Shown: in pieces, positions 15,128-30,225 of the stretch | Layout: every line of letters starts with the position of its first letter | Numbering within the stretch: position 1 is the first letter of the stretch | NCBI RefSeq assembly: GCF_009914755.1 | Contig: NC_060928.1 | DNA length: 64,000 nt | Strand: one strand, 5' to 3' | From: the human T2T-CHM13v2.0 reference genome, Homo sapiens | The notes under the pieces: model-generated | Databases searched by the model: none | What the model was told of the DNA's origin: nothing | What the model saw: the letters and a program-made list of their open reading frames with translations, nothing else | Program-made: the position numbers and the translations under genes

Positions 15128-16857
15128 ATGTCCTTTCCTGCTTTTGTTATTTGGGTGATACTGGCTCCATAGAATGGCTTAGGGAGAACTACTTCTCTAT
15201 CTTTTGGAAAAATGTCACTAGGATGGGTTTCAATTCTTCTTTGAATCTCTGATAGAATTCAGCTGTGACTCTGTCTGGTCCTGGACTTTTTTTTTTTTTT
15301 GGTAACTTTTTAATTACCATTTCAATCTCACTGCTTGTTTTGGTCTGTTCAGAGTTTCTATTTGTCCCTGGTTTAATCTAGGAAAGTTGTATATTTTCAG
15401 GAATTCATCCATTTCCTCTAGGTTTTCTAATGGATGTTCATAAAGTTGTTCATAGTAGCCTTGAATGATCTTTTATATTTCTGTGATATCAATTGTAATA
15501 TCATCCATTTCTTTTCTAATTCAGTTTATTTGTATCCTCTCTCTTCTTTCCTTTGTTAATGTTGCTGATGGTCTATCAATTTTATTTATCTTTTCAAATA
15601 ACTAGTTTTTGTTTCATTCGTCTTTTGTGGTTTGTTTGTTTCAGCTTCATTTAGTTCTGCTCTGATCTTCATTATTTTTATTTTATCTTAATTTATTTTA
15701 TTTTTGCTAGGTTTGGGTTTGGTATGTTCTTGTTTCTCTAGTTACTTGATTTTCCTCAATTTTTTTCCTCGATTATTTCCTCAAATATGTTTTCCAAACT
15801 TTTAGATTTCTCTTTTTTCTCAGTTCAAAATTTTTTTAAATTTCCATTTTGATTTTGTTGTTGACCCAATGGTCACTCAGAAGCGGGTTATTTAATTTTC
15901 ATGTATTTGCATAGTTTTGAGGGTTCTTTTTGGAGTTGGTTTTCAATTTTATTCCACGGTGGTCTAAAAGAGTACTTGATATAATTTCATTTTCTTAGAT
16001 TAGTTGAGACTTGTTTCGTGGCCTATCATATGATCTGTCTTGGAGAATGTTCCATGTGCTGATGAACAGAATGTATAGGATTTTCTGTAAATATCTGTTA
16101 AGTCCATTTGTTCTAGGGTACAGTTTAAATCTGTTATTTCTTTGTTGGCTTTCTGTCTTGATGACCTGCTTAGTGTTAGTGGAGTATTGAAGTCTCCCAC
16201 TGTTATTGTGTTGCTGTGCTGTCTATCTCATTTCTTAGGTCTAGTATTAATTGTTTTATAAATTTGGGAGCTCCAGTGATAGGTGCATAAATATTTAGGA
16301 TGGTGATATTTTCCTGTGGACAAGTGCTTTTGTCATCATATAATGTCCCTCTTTGTCTTTTTTAACTGCTGTTGCCTTAAAGTTTCTTTTGTCTGATACA
16401 AGAATAGCTATTCCTACTCGTTTTTGGTTTCTATTTGCATGGAACATCTTTTTCCACCCCTTTACCTTAAGTTTATGTGTGTTCTTATGTGTTAGGTGAG
16501 GCTCTTGAAGACAGCACATACTTCACTGGTGAATTCTTATCCATTCTGCCATTCTGTATCCTTTAAGTGGAGCATTTGGATCATTTACATTCAATGTTAG
16601 TACTGAGATGAGAGGTACTATTCTATTCATCTATTTATCATGCTATTTTTTGCCTTAATATCTTATTTGTTTGTTTTTCATTGTGTTTTTGTTGTATAGG
16701 TCCTGTGAGATTTATGCTTTAAGGGGTTCTATTTTGGTGTATTTCAAGAATTTGTTTCAATATTTAGAGCTCCTTTTATTAGTTTTTCTAGTGCTGGCTT
16801 GAGAGTGGCAAATTCTCTCAGCATTTGCTTGTCTGAAAAAGACTGTATCTTCCCTTC
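12595..16857 (-). mobile_element. L1PB (PB1/PB2-like), ~4.3 kb, 5'-truncated within ORF1
   Basis: L1PB-type 3' UTR (ggttacatgaataaggtctttagtggtgatttctgagattttggtgcacccatcacc). Minus-strand ORF fragments give RT (LFADDMIVY, 14506-14736), endonuclease (MGDFNTPL; CCLQEPHL) and C-terminal peptides. Contains a (TTG)n at ~15093-15127. Confidence 0.9.
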
Positions 16858-16861
16858 AATT

Positions 16862-17570
16862 CAACAAATTGAATTGTATTTCTATGCAAAACACAGAATT
16901 ATAAAAATGAACGTTATTTATAATTTCACAAAAAATCAATAAATGAAAGGAATCAATCTAACAAAAAGTCCTATAAAATTTCTGGGCTGTAAAAAAAACT
17001 ATTGAAATATATAATGATTAAATAAATGGCGGAATCTAATATTTTATGTTCATGGATTAAAAAACAATGTTAAAAAGATAAAATTATTCCTCAATTCTCA
17101 ATTTATGGAATTAATCAATCAAAATTACAGTATATACTTGTAAAAGTTGGCTGATTAATTCTAAAGGTATATAAACATTTTAGATAGCAAATGATAGACA
17201 CAATTTAAAAAATAACAAACCGTCAATTAAATTTAAAATATATTGACTTCTTATAAAGCTAGAATAATTAAGTTATTGTGGTATTTGTACAAAGGGGCTA
17301 ACGTAACCTAAAGGCAAATCCAGAAGCAGACCTACATATATATGAATATCTGATTTACAATGTAGTTGGCATTACAGAAGTGTGGGAGGACAATAATTTC
17401 TTTTAAATAAATCGATCTGAATAAATTACTATATGTAAGGGGGAAATATAAACATGGCTCCTGTCTCATACCATACATAAATATTCTTGATGTAATGCCA
17501 ATTTAAATATGACAGATAAAAAGATAAAATTTAAAAAATATAATACTGAAAAGATCATTATTTGGAAGAG
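16862..17570 (+). mobile_element. Old L1ME-like ORF2 fragment (left part)
   Basis: Degenerate sense L1 ORF2 motifs (ggaatcaatctaacaaaa; tgttcatggatt; tctcataccatacata). Confidence 0.55.
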
Positions 17571-17574
17571 AACA

Positions 17575-19055
17575 TTTTTTCATTAGTGCACTTTACATTT
17601 TTTGAGCACTGTAAGATTTACAGAAAAATTGAGCAGAATGTACAGTTCTCAAATATCCCAACAGCCTACTCAGTTTCCTCTATTATTAACGTCTTGCATT
17701 GATGTCCTATATCTGTTGCAATTGATAAGCCAATATTGATGCATTATAATTAATTCAATTCTATAGTTTACAGTAAAGTTCACTCTTTGTGTTGTACATT
17801 CTATGGATTTTGACACGTGTAATGACATTTATTCACCATTATCATGTTATACAGAAGTTTCACTGCCCCCCCAAATCCTTTGTGCTTTACCTATTCATCC
17901 CTCCCTTTCTCCCCAAAACACCTAGCAGTCACTGATCCTTTTGCTGTCTTCATAGCTTTGCCTTTTCCAGAATGTTACATCATTTGAATTACAAATTATG
18001 TAGCCTTTTCAGACTGGCTTCTTTCACTGAGCAATGTACACTTAATTTTCCTCCTTGTCTTTTTATGGCTTGCTAGCTCATTTATTTATTTTTTTTCATC
18101 GAATGGTATTTCATTGTATAAATGTACCACAGTTTGTTTACCTATTTACCCATTGAAGGAAATCTTGGTGGTTTCCAAGTTTTGGCACTTACAAGTAAAG
18201 CTGCCACAAATGTGTATATGTGTGTGTCTATGTGAGCATAAGCTTACAACTCATTTGTACAAATATTAAGAAGCATGATTGTTAGATTATATGATAAGAA
18301 TATGATTAGTATTTTAAGAAATGGCCAAACTGTCTTCCAAAGTGGTTGTACTATTTTGCATTCCCACCAGCAATAAGTGACAGTTCCTGTTACTCCGCAT
18401 CCTTGCCAACCTCTGGTGTTTAACAGTGTTCTGCATCTTGATCATTCCAATAAGAGCACAGCTGTATCTCACTATTGTTTTAATCTGCAATTCCCTGATG
18501 ACATATGATGTAGAGTGTCTATTCATATGCTTATTTTTCATCTGCATGTCTTCTTTGTTCAGGTATCTGTTCAGATCTTTTGCCCAATTTTTAACTGGGT
18601 TATTATTATTGAGTATTAAGAGTTCTTTGTATTTTTGGGGTACCAATCCTTTGTCAGATATGAGTTTCTCCCAGTCTGGGGTGTGTCTTTTTATTTGTCT
18701 TTGGTGTAGTTCACAGAGCAGAAGTTTTTAATTTTAATGAAATCTAACTTACCAATTGTATGTTGCATGAATTATGCTCAAGGTGTTGGAGATAAATAGT
18801 CATGGCCAAACCCATGATTACCTGATTTTTTCCTCTATCACCTTCTAGGAGTTTTATGTTACAGTATTTAACTTTACATTTAGGTCTATGATTGATTTTG
18901 AATTAATTTTCATGAAACGTGTGAGGTCTGTTTCTACATTCATTTTTTTTTAGCACATTGATGTCCAGTTGTTGATGCACCATTTGTTGAAAGGACAGTA
19001 ATTTCTCCATTGAGTATTCTCTGCTCCTTTTCCAAAGATCAAATGACAATATTTG
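17575..19055 (-). mobile_element. L1MD-like 3' portion
   Basis: L1MD-type 3' UTR (acagaaaaattgagcaga...gttcactctttgtgttgtacattctatgga). ORF 18314-18646 resembles the ORF2 C-terminus (NNPVKNWAKDLNR). Confidence 0.75.
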
Positions 19056-19059
19056 CATA

Positions 19060-20195
19060 AAAGGCAGTAATTTTGACAATATTTTTAAACCTTTAAACAT
19101 AAATGAAATTATAGATAAACTTGACTTTATTAAAACCCTAAACTTCCCATCATCAAAAGTTTACATCACATCATGTATACCTAATAAAGTGCTTGCATAT
19201 AAAAGAAATAAACTACTCCTATAAATCATTAAGAAGTAAACTGGACACCCACATCAATTTTTAAAAGTGGAAGAGAAACTTGAACAGTTATAACATGAAA
19301 AAAACTGTTCATTGTCGATAAATATTTGAAAAGTTGTTCAGCCTGCATATTAAGCTGTGATTAGCTTCTACTAAATGCCTACAAAGTTTGTTAAAATTTA
19401 AGACAAAAATTGCCAAATGTGGGTGATGATATGGAGCTTTGGAAACTTGAACAATGCTAATGGAGAGTTTAAACTTATTCCTTAACTTTAGAAAACTGGC
19501 AAAATTTGATAAATGTAAATTTAGTAGATTCGTAAACATGCTCACTATAGTACAAGAGATTTTATTGTTTGGTAAAAGTGCAAAAGAAATGAGTGTAAAT
19601 ATCTACAAAAAGACATGCTGGAGAGTATTGATATCAGCATTATTTATAATCATTTCTATTAGAAATAATACAAGTTTCCATCAAAAGAAGATAGCAAACT
19701 ATGCCATAATGCTAATGAAAAAAACATACAATTTGGAGTAACAAAGATTAATTTTGCAAATACAATAGGAGAAAAAATCTTTATGTATATAAAATTATAT
19801 AATGTATAGAGAGCTAGCTTTATGGGTCTGCAACCTGTGCAGTTGCACAGGACCCAAACTTTGTTTAATCTTCTATTATCACCATCTCAAAATAAATGAC
19901 CTTTGAATGACGGCCTCAGCATTTTAATTTTTCATGTGGCCCTCCCTCTTCAATTCTGCAGACAATTCTACTTCTATTTATATAAATGTAAAAAAAAAAA
20001 AAAGGCCAAACTTATACATGGATTATGTCAGAAAATGATTACACAGAAGAAAGAGTGGGTGATTTCGGGGAAATATCTCTGGATACAAATATTAAAATAT
20101 TATTTATCTAGCTCTAGTTGCTGTTACATGGGTAGGTTCAATTGTTGAAAATTCGCTGAGCACTTTTCTGTATATATGTTATATTTTAATTTAAA
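19060..20195 (+). mobile_element. Old L1ME-like 3' part (right part, resumes after the L1MD)
   Basis: Degenerate ORF2 C-terminal and 3' UTR motifs ending cacttttctgtatatatgttatattttaat. Confidence 0.55.
19809..19970 (+). mobile_element. MER45A-like (hAT-Tip100) non-autonomous DNA transposon
   Basis: gctttatgggtctgcaacctgtgcagttgcacaggaccc matches the remembered MER45A 5' end. Confidence 0.7.
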
Positions 20196-20707
20196 AATGT
20201 TTTAGGAAAGATTTACTTTTTGCTGATTTTTACATTAAAACTCAGGTATCTTAAAAGAATTTTTAATAACATTAGTTACGAGGTCCAGAACTTTGCTACC
20301 AATAAGCTTGTGATTCAATTGTCTGCCCTCAGCAGCAAATAAAATAAGTGGAAGCCTGACCATTACATTATCTGTATCTTTCACTAAACTATATTTTGTG
20401 GGCTGGTTATTTTTAATTACTCTAAGTTTAAAAGACAGGTATATTAACCACTCATCACATTGGCATGATGAAATATCTAAGAATTATGAAAGTAAATGAG
20501 AATTTTGTTTGATTCCTCTGCCATGATATTTTGCATGCCCCTTAAGTTATGTGAGGTATTCAAGTAAGCCAGTAACTTTCAAAATTCAGAGGAAACAAAA
20601 TAGCATCTTACTCCAGCCAGGTAAACCAATTCTGCCTAGTAGCCGTAAAAAAAATGCTTTGATGTCTTGCAGTGGGGCTTGAGGTAGATACCGTTCTTGG
20701 TGCCCCT

Positions 20708-20841
20708 CTAGATGACAAGTTAGTGGGTGCGGTGCACCAGCATGGCACATGTATACATATGCAACGAACCTGCACAATGTGCACATGTACCCTAAAACTT
20801 AAAGTATAATAATAAAAGAAAAAAAAAACTTAAAAAAAAAA
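20708..20841 (+). mobile_element. Very short young L1 3' end (L1PA2-like) with poly(A)
   Basis: ctagatgacaagttagtgggtgc...cacaatgtgcacatgtaccctaaaacttaaagtataat plus an A-tail. It lacks the Ta ACA and G diagnostics. Confidence 0.85.
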
Positions 20842-21956
20842 TTAGTGTGTCATCCCGGGAAATCTTAAATGACACAGTATTGCCATACAGACTTTTTACA
20901 GAAGAGGTTGTTTGATATAAGTGCCCCTTATTGTACACTTTGAAATTTGGTTTTGTAGCAAATCATGGGTTTATTTTTTAGAAATGGCTACAGTTGAGGA
21001 AGCATACTTTAACAGACAAATCAATAAAACTAGATAAAGTTCCATCAATGAAGAAATCCTGGTCATTTCAAACTCTGTCTCCCAATTATTATCAGATACA
21101 TCAAAAGCCAACTGCTAAAAAGAGTTTTTCTTCCTATTAAACTTTTAAAAAAATTGTTATCCTGTTTTATGATTATACAAATCTTCTCTGTATGAATTAT
21201 ATGCAGTTTATGTTGAGAATAGAATTGTAGCTTATTTTATGAATAATTTTACAGAAATATATTTATTTTTCTTAACTTGAGATGATCAGAAAGTGAACAT
21301 AACTAAGGCATGCATGTTGATTTTTGTTTTGTTTACATTTTCACTTCTGAACAAATAGTGGCCTTTGTGCATAGAAATAGCTGACACAATTATCAAATTA
21401 TCTGTAAAGATTTTCCTTAGATTTGAAACTGTAGCCAGTGCTGGTAGAACCTGGCAGTCTTTGAAATCTTGCCTTTCTCCTTCACAATCAGCCTGTGGCC
21501 GTACATCAGAAATATCCATTTTATCTCTGATTGCAGTAGCTGGGACTCTATCGTTAATGTTCTGGCTTCCCAGCAGGGCCACACTATTGGAAGTTCTGCT
21601 TCAGGGTGTCCTTATTATTTTTTTTTTTTCTACTCACGCACACTACTCATGACTGACCCACTTCAGTTTGCAGTATAAGAGCTGTTTCCCAGTCCTAAGC
21701 CAGATGGCTGGAGGATTGCATTTTTATGTTTAGATGATGGTGGCCATCCCAGCCCCACACACCCACCCCTGGAGCAAAGAAGTAGCTTTTGATCTCAGTA
21801 AAAGACAACAAGGATTTTGTGCTTTCTTTTCCTCAAAAGAAAGCTGTTCTACTTCCCTAAACAAAAGGAAATGGAAACAAAATGTAGATTTTTGAGCATT
21901 GCTTGCCACAGGGTGTGCCATACTAGAGAGATAGCTGCGATGTGAAGTAGAGTTGT

Positions 21957-22334
21957 CAGTTATCCCGCAGTGTACAGGAGATATTGTTTCTAGGACCCCA
22001 TACCAAAATCCGTGCACACTCAAGTCTCTTGAGTAGGCCTTGTGGAGCCAGCCTGTAGGAAAAGTCAGCCCTTACTGTCTATGAGTTTTGCATTTCCTGA
22101 ATACTGTATTTTTCATCTGCACTTGGTTGAAAAAAAATCTACCCATAACGCTGAAGCAGGAAGATCGCTTTAGCCCAGGAGTTCAAGGCTACAGTGAGCT
22201 ATGATCACACCACTATATTTTAGCCTGGGTGACAGAGCAAGACACGAACTCTTAAAAAAAATTGCTTAAAAGTAGGTCCACTGTTTTGTGTTTGAACAAC
22301 ACAGTTAACAACTATGTTGTTCAAGGGACAATTT
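21957..22334 (+). mobile_element. MER8 (TcMar-Tigger), split by an Alu fragment
   Basis: cagttatccc...ataccaaaatccgtgcacactcaagtc...ttggttgaaaaaaaatc, then tgttgttcaagggacaa after the Alu. Confidence 0.75.
22150..22261 (+). mobile_element. AluJ/FRAM right-arm fragment
   Basis: gcccaggagttcaaggctacagtgagctatgatcacaccact...gcctgggtgacagagcaaga plus an A-tail. Confidence 0.85.
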
Positions 22335-24517
22335 TAAAAATCATTTGCTTAAAACTAAGGGAGTTACTGCAACAAAACAATGACAGCAGGGGAGGCTTTG
22401 GGTCAAAGAGGAATGAACAGAGCAAAGGACAGAAGTCTCATTCATCAAAGCCAAGAACATGGACCAAAAATATGTATACATGAGGAAGGAACAGAGAAGA
22501 GAGAGAGAGATTCAAACACTATTAAAAAATGTACAGTAAGGTTTATATCCAAGAAATTCTTGATTGAGAGAACCAAGAATATCATTTAAGGAAGAGCTAA
22601 TCTGTAAATCTGGCTATCTCGAGACTTTCAGAGGAGAAATGAAAACATATTGTTGGTACAAATACAAGAAAATAAGGATGCAGGAAAGAGAATGGCTCCC
22701 TGCTGTGTGCTTCCCAGGCAGAAGAATTCTCAAGGATATTTTTAAGAGCATGAGCCTCAGGGTTTTTTATTTCAGTTTCATTTGCAATCACGAAAGACCA
22801 GTGATATATTGGAATTCCTGCACATTCTTAATTACACTATCAAATTCTCTGTTAAATTTTTGTGGTAGGCTAGGGAGGAATAAGAAACCAGAGAAAGAAA
22901 ATCACTAGATTCGACTAATAAATATTTCTTTTCCAACTATTCTTTTATTCCCCGCTCTTAATTTCTAAATCAAATATTTTCTTCTATCTACAGAAAAAGT
23001 GAGATTAAATGAGTTAGGCAAGTCTAACTGTCAATACTGGATTTCCATGGATATGAAAGCTGACTACACCATCTCTTCTAAGATGCAATAATCATTATCC
23101 TACCTACCATGAGCAGGACACTGTGATAGGACACAAGGCTGGAGTACACAGGGGACTGTGAATTTTGAAAACTTCTAATCTAGCTAAAGACTGAGCAAGG
23201 CAATTTTTGTGGCCTAACTTTTGCCTTTGTGGACATTCTACCCCTGAAAATCTACATGTCTACAGGTAAACCTTCAGATAGAGATATGCCACTGGCACAT
23301 TAGTTCTTCTAGAGAAAAAGTACATTCTGCTTATATCTTACAAATATAAGATCTGAATGATCTGTATGATAAAAACCATTCTTTACTTTTAGCCTTCTGT
23401 AGTTAAACTAAACAACTTCTAAAATCCAAGTTGAGATTTTCTTAAAGTTCTGCCAAGTTTTGTGTCTGCCACTCCTTCTAGTTTGCTCCCACTGTGTGTA
23501 TCTTATGGACCACAGATAAGCTGAAAAGAAGTTCATTTAAAAGAAATCTTTTGTGTTTTACATGAATAGCCCATCTTACCTAGATGACAAATTTATGAAA
23601 TTATATTCAGAACAAAAGTAACTTATTTCATACCTATTGAAGATGAAAAACATCACTGCAATAATTTGCAGAAACCACAGTAATACCGCAGCATGAAATA
23701 TTGAAATAATTATAGTCAATCATTTAAAAGTGATGACTGTCTTAACGATTACTGTAATTGATTGAGGTGAGAGCATTTTCTTTGTACCCTCAGTAGCTTG
23801 GACATATACTGAAGCATTATACTAAGAAGTAGTCATGTAAGGAAATAATTTCTCACTGTAGAAAATAAGGCTGCATTATTAAAATCATATGAGATACTGA
23901 AAGAGCTTCTCTTCCAGTAATATGATTGTTAATCAACTTCTGGTAACAGGATGGATTAACATTAGTTGCTACCATTCTTTTTCTCACTTGTTTCTGGATG
24001 GTTTAAGGCACTTGAAATTCATTTTCCCTATTTTAAAATGTCATCTGAGTATTTTGGCTTAGCATCTGGTTCAGAGATTGTGGGCTGCTTGTGCAATTCT
24101 CTGCCAAAGAAGTGCCAATATTGTTCTTTAAGATACTCCAGAGAACTGAGCTTTTCTTTATCTCAAGCCTCCTATTAAATTGTTATATGTGGTGTTATAT
24201 TGAAACAAAATTCTTAGATTGTATACATGAACCCCACTTCTAAGTGCTTTTTGACTGGGACTTATAGGAAAACTTATGAGTAGGACCAGGGTGTAAAATT
24301 ACAACCAAAGTTGTAAGATTTCAGCTCTCCCCATTCTGCATACCATTTCTACACACACACACCTTGGAGGAAGCCCCTTCACCTTCAGCTGCCTGTGGTT
24401 TCATAATCTTTCTTCTCCACCATTCAAAAACATGTTCTTAAAGAAGTATTTAAAGTTCAAGTAGCATAATATAGTATCCATTACATTATAATAACAGGGA
24501 TATATGAAATACATAAC

Positions 24518-26627
<2,110 letters not shown>

Positions 26628-26630
<3 letters not shown>

Positions 26631-26970
26631 AGCCAAACTAAGCTTCATAAGGAGAAATAAAATCTTTTACAGACAACAAGTGTTGAGGGATTTTGTCCCC
26701 ACCAGGTCTGCCTTAGAAGAGCTCATGAAGGAAGCACTAAATGTGAAAAGAAATAATCAGTACCAGCCACTGCAAAAACATACCAAATTGTAAAGACCAT
26801 CGACACTGCATCAACTAATGGGCAAAATAACGAGCTAGCATCATAATAATAGGATCAAATTCACACATAACAATATTGAACTTAAGTGTAAACAGGCTAA
26901 ATGTCCCAATTAAAAGACACAGACTGGCAAATTAGATAAAGAGTCAAGACCCATCGGTGTTCTGTATCTC
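26628..26970 (+). mobile_element. Inverted 5' segment of the same L1PA (ORF1 end, inter-ORF spacer, ORF2 start)
   Basis: The sense strand encodes the ORF1 C-terminus (LRDFVPTRSALEELMKEALN...YQPLQKHTKL*), then the ORF2 start (ggatcaaattcacacataacaatatt). Confidence 0.85.
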
Positions 26971-27129
26971 AGTGATATGCAAAAAAAAAAAAAGCTTTTA
27001 TTTTGCTCATACTTCTGAGTTTTCTGAGTCTTAGATGGAGGTCAGCAGATATACACTGAGTATAGGTAGGGGCACTTAAATGGGGCAGCTTTGCTTTGTG
27101 TTTCTCTCTTCCATCCTCTGATACCATCA

Positions 27130-30100
27130 GTTTTCATTGAATCTGCAGATTGCTTTGGGTAATATCTTAACAATATTGTCTTTCTATCCATGAACACAGA
27201 ATATCTTTTAATTTATTTATGTTTTATAGTTTTTATTGTACATGTCTTTTACCATTTTGGTTAGGAAAATTCCTGATTATACTTTTTATACTATTATATA
27301 TGGCATTGTTTTGGTAGCTTTTAAGAATGTTTATTATTAGTATATAAAGATGCAACTGGCATTTGCATGTTGACTTTGTATCCTGCTACTTTGCTGAATT
27401 TGTTTATTACTGTTAATAGGAATTTGTGGAATCTTTAAGATTTTCAAAATCCAAGAGTGTACAAACAGAGATGATTTTACTTTTCCTTTCCAGTTTAGAT
27501 GACTTTTTTCTTGCATAATTGCTCTGGCCATAACTTCTACTACTATGTTTAATATAAGTGCCTTGTTCCTGATCTTAGAGAAAAAGCTTTCAGTCTTTGA
27601 ACATGGAGTACAATATTTGCTACGACTTTTTACATATGATATATATGTTGAGGTAGTATTCTTCTACTCATATTTTTTTAAGTATTTTTTATTCTGAAAG
27701 GATTTTAAATCTACCAAATGTATTTTTTCAATCAATTGAGATAAATTTTTTCTTTTCATTCTGCCAATCTGTATATTACATTGTTTGATATTTGCATTTT
27801 GAAACATCCTTGCATTCCAGGAATACATCACACTTGGTCATGGTGTATAATTTAATTTATTTACATTTAAAGTAATTACTGAGGAAGGGCTTACCTCTGC
27901 CATTTTGCTATTTGTTTTCTATATACCTTATAACTTTTTTGTCTCTCATTTCCTATATTACTGTCTTTTGTTTTTAGTTGCTTTTTGTACCGAAATGTTT
28001 GACTTCCCTTCTCATTTCTTTTGTATATACAGACCATCCTTAACTTATGTTTGGACTTACAATTTTTCAATATACAGTGAGTTTGTCAGAATGTATCCAT
28101 ATTATAAGTCAAGAAGCATCTGTATTCTAAAACTATTTTTTGTGGTTACCATGGAAATTACATTTAACAACATAAAGTTATAACACTCTAAGTTTATACC
28201 AGCTTAACTTCAATAAAATAAAAAACTCTACTAACTTACACTTGTTTCACACTTTTTTTAGTTACTGGTGTCACAAAATTATATCTTAGTACCTGTGTCC
28301 AAAAAGAAAAATTAATAATATTTCATGCATTTGTTTTTTAAATTATGCAAAATAAAAATACAGATTTACAAAATTATAATGCTACTAACTTTTTGACTAA
28401 TGATTTTTTAATTGTTAGTCCTTAAATCATGTAGAAAACAAAAAAAATGGAGTTACAAACTAAAGTTTAAATAGTACTAGCTTTTATAATTGCCCAGTAT
28501 ATTTAAAACCTTTACTGAGATGTTTATTTTTTCATATGACTTCACGATACGCTCTAGTGTCCTTTCATTACAATCTGCAGAATTCCCTTTACTGTTTCTT
28601 GCTGAGCAGCTCTAGTGGTAATGAGCTGCTTCAGCTTTTGTTTAACTTGAAATGTCTTAATTTCTCCCTCACTTTTGAAGAACGGTTTTGACAGATATAG
28701 GACTCTTGGTTGACACATTATTTTATTTCATTTTATTTGTAGCCCTTTGAATACATTAGTTCAATGCTATCTGGCCTCCAAAGTTTCTGATGATAAATCT
28801 GCCAATAATCTCACTGAGGATCCCTTTTATGTGACAAGTTGCTTCTCCCTTGTTACTTTTTAAATTCTTTTTTTCTTTTGAGATTTTGAGTATAATGAGT
28901 TTTATTGTGAATCTTTTTAAGTTCATCCTACCATTATTTCTTCAAATATTCTCTCCCTCTGTTCTTTCTTCATCTTTTTTTTTTCTTTTTTTTTTTTTTT
29001 TTTTTTTTGTCTGAGACTCTCACAATGCATTTTGGTCAGCTTGACTGTGTCCCTGTCCCACAGGTTTTTTTGACTCTTTTAACTTTGGTCTCATTCTTTC
29101 TGTTTCTCAAACTCAATAATTTCAACTGCTCTGTCTTCAACTTCACTGTTTCTTTCTTCTGCCTGTTCAAATCTGTCTTTGAAGTCCTGATAATTTTTTA
29201 ATTATTATTTATAAAATTTATTGTATTTTTCAGTGCTAGAATTTTTTTTGATTTTGATATTTCCATTCTGTTTATATATAATTTTCTGGTCTTTTTCCAC
29301 GTCTTCCTTTAGTGTTTTGAGTATCTTTAAGACTGTTGTTTTAAAATCTTTGTTTAATACGTCATCACCTTTTTCAAGGATAGTTGTTGTTGTTGTTTTA
29401 TTTCCTTTGAATTGGCCTTACTTCCCTGTTTCTTTTTATATCTTAGAATTTTGTTTTTGTTTTACACAGCAGACATTTGAAACTAGTATTGTAGCAATTC
29501 CAAAATTCTACTCCTTCCCCAGAGTTTGTTGTTTCTGTTTTGTTTTGTTTGTTGTGCTTTGGATTATCTTATGCTATCTGTCTACTAAAGATTAGCCTGA
29601 GGGGTAAAAACTTAATGTCATTTCAGATTTTTTTTTCAGTCTTTGACTTTCCCTAGTATGCATGATATCTTTCTAATTTCACCCTTATATGCACTTTTTG
29701 GAGTGTCCTAGTCTTTAATTTCTGGCTATCAATAATGGGAAAAGAGAAAAATGAATGTGGGAAGGAAGAAAGCACACTTGCCTTTTAAATCTCCTGGAAG
29801 TCTCTGAGGAGGTGGGGAGGTTGAAGCAATGAAGGATGTGCAACAATGACCGTTACCTTTGTGTTTATATTCCCTTGGTTAGAAGCAGCAATTAGTAATC
29901 CAAATATGGATCTCTGATATTTGTAGAACAGGATCTTTATTGCCTAGATGGCTCCAACAAGCTGTGTAAGCTCCTCTAGGAACATGTGCAGGCTGCCTAC
30001 CACAGGTCTGGGGTAGAAGAATGGATAGCTGTCGCTGAGCTATGAGCTAAAATCCCCTGAAACTAACTGCAATTTGCCATCCAATTCTTCTGCTGGAAGT

Positions 30101-30225
30101 TTCAAGCTTTCAATAGACCTAAGTTTCATAATTGTCACATCAGAGAGATTCTGCTGTTGCATTGTTGTCCGGGTAGGGAGACAGGTTCCCGGTGTTTTCT
30201 GCTCCACTATCATCCCAGAATCATC
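27130..30225 (-). mobile_element. Old L1M, fragmented ORF2/ORF1/5' region
   Basis: Antisense L1 motifs (gaatctgcagattgctttgggt; gactttgtatcctgctactttgctgaatt; ctggcctccaaagtttctgatgataaatctgc). Confidence 0.7.
28030..28122 (-). mobile_element. MER47C-like Tigger MITE
   Basis: 93 bp with termini cagacc...catctg, flanked by TA at 28028-28029 and 28123-28124. Confidence 0.75.

Noticed and set aside
12823-16519. ORFs with RT and endonuclease motifs
   Set aside because: Frameshifted, stop-interrupted remnants of L1PB ORF2; not an intact gene or a novel RT system.
12582-16861. Possible L1PB TSD ttccctt(g)caatt at 12582-12594 and 16850-16861
   Set aside because: Imperfect, and the right copy overlaps L1 consensus sequence, so it cannot be told apart from coincidence.
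21286-21678. Overlapping 69-98 aa ORFs in unique sequence; possible pseudogene
   Set aside because: No protein family recognised and no poly(A)/TSD hallmarks; the lengths are compatible with chance.
23708-23759. Imperfect AT-rich hairpin
   Set aside because: Several mismatches and bulges, low GC, and no recognisable MITE termini.
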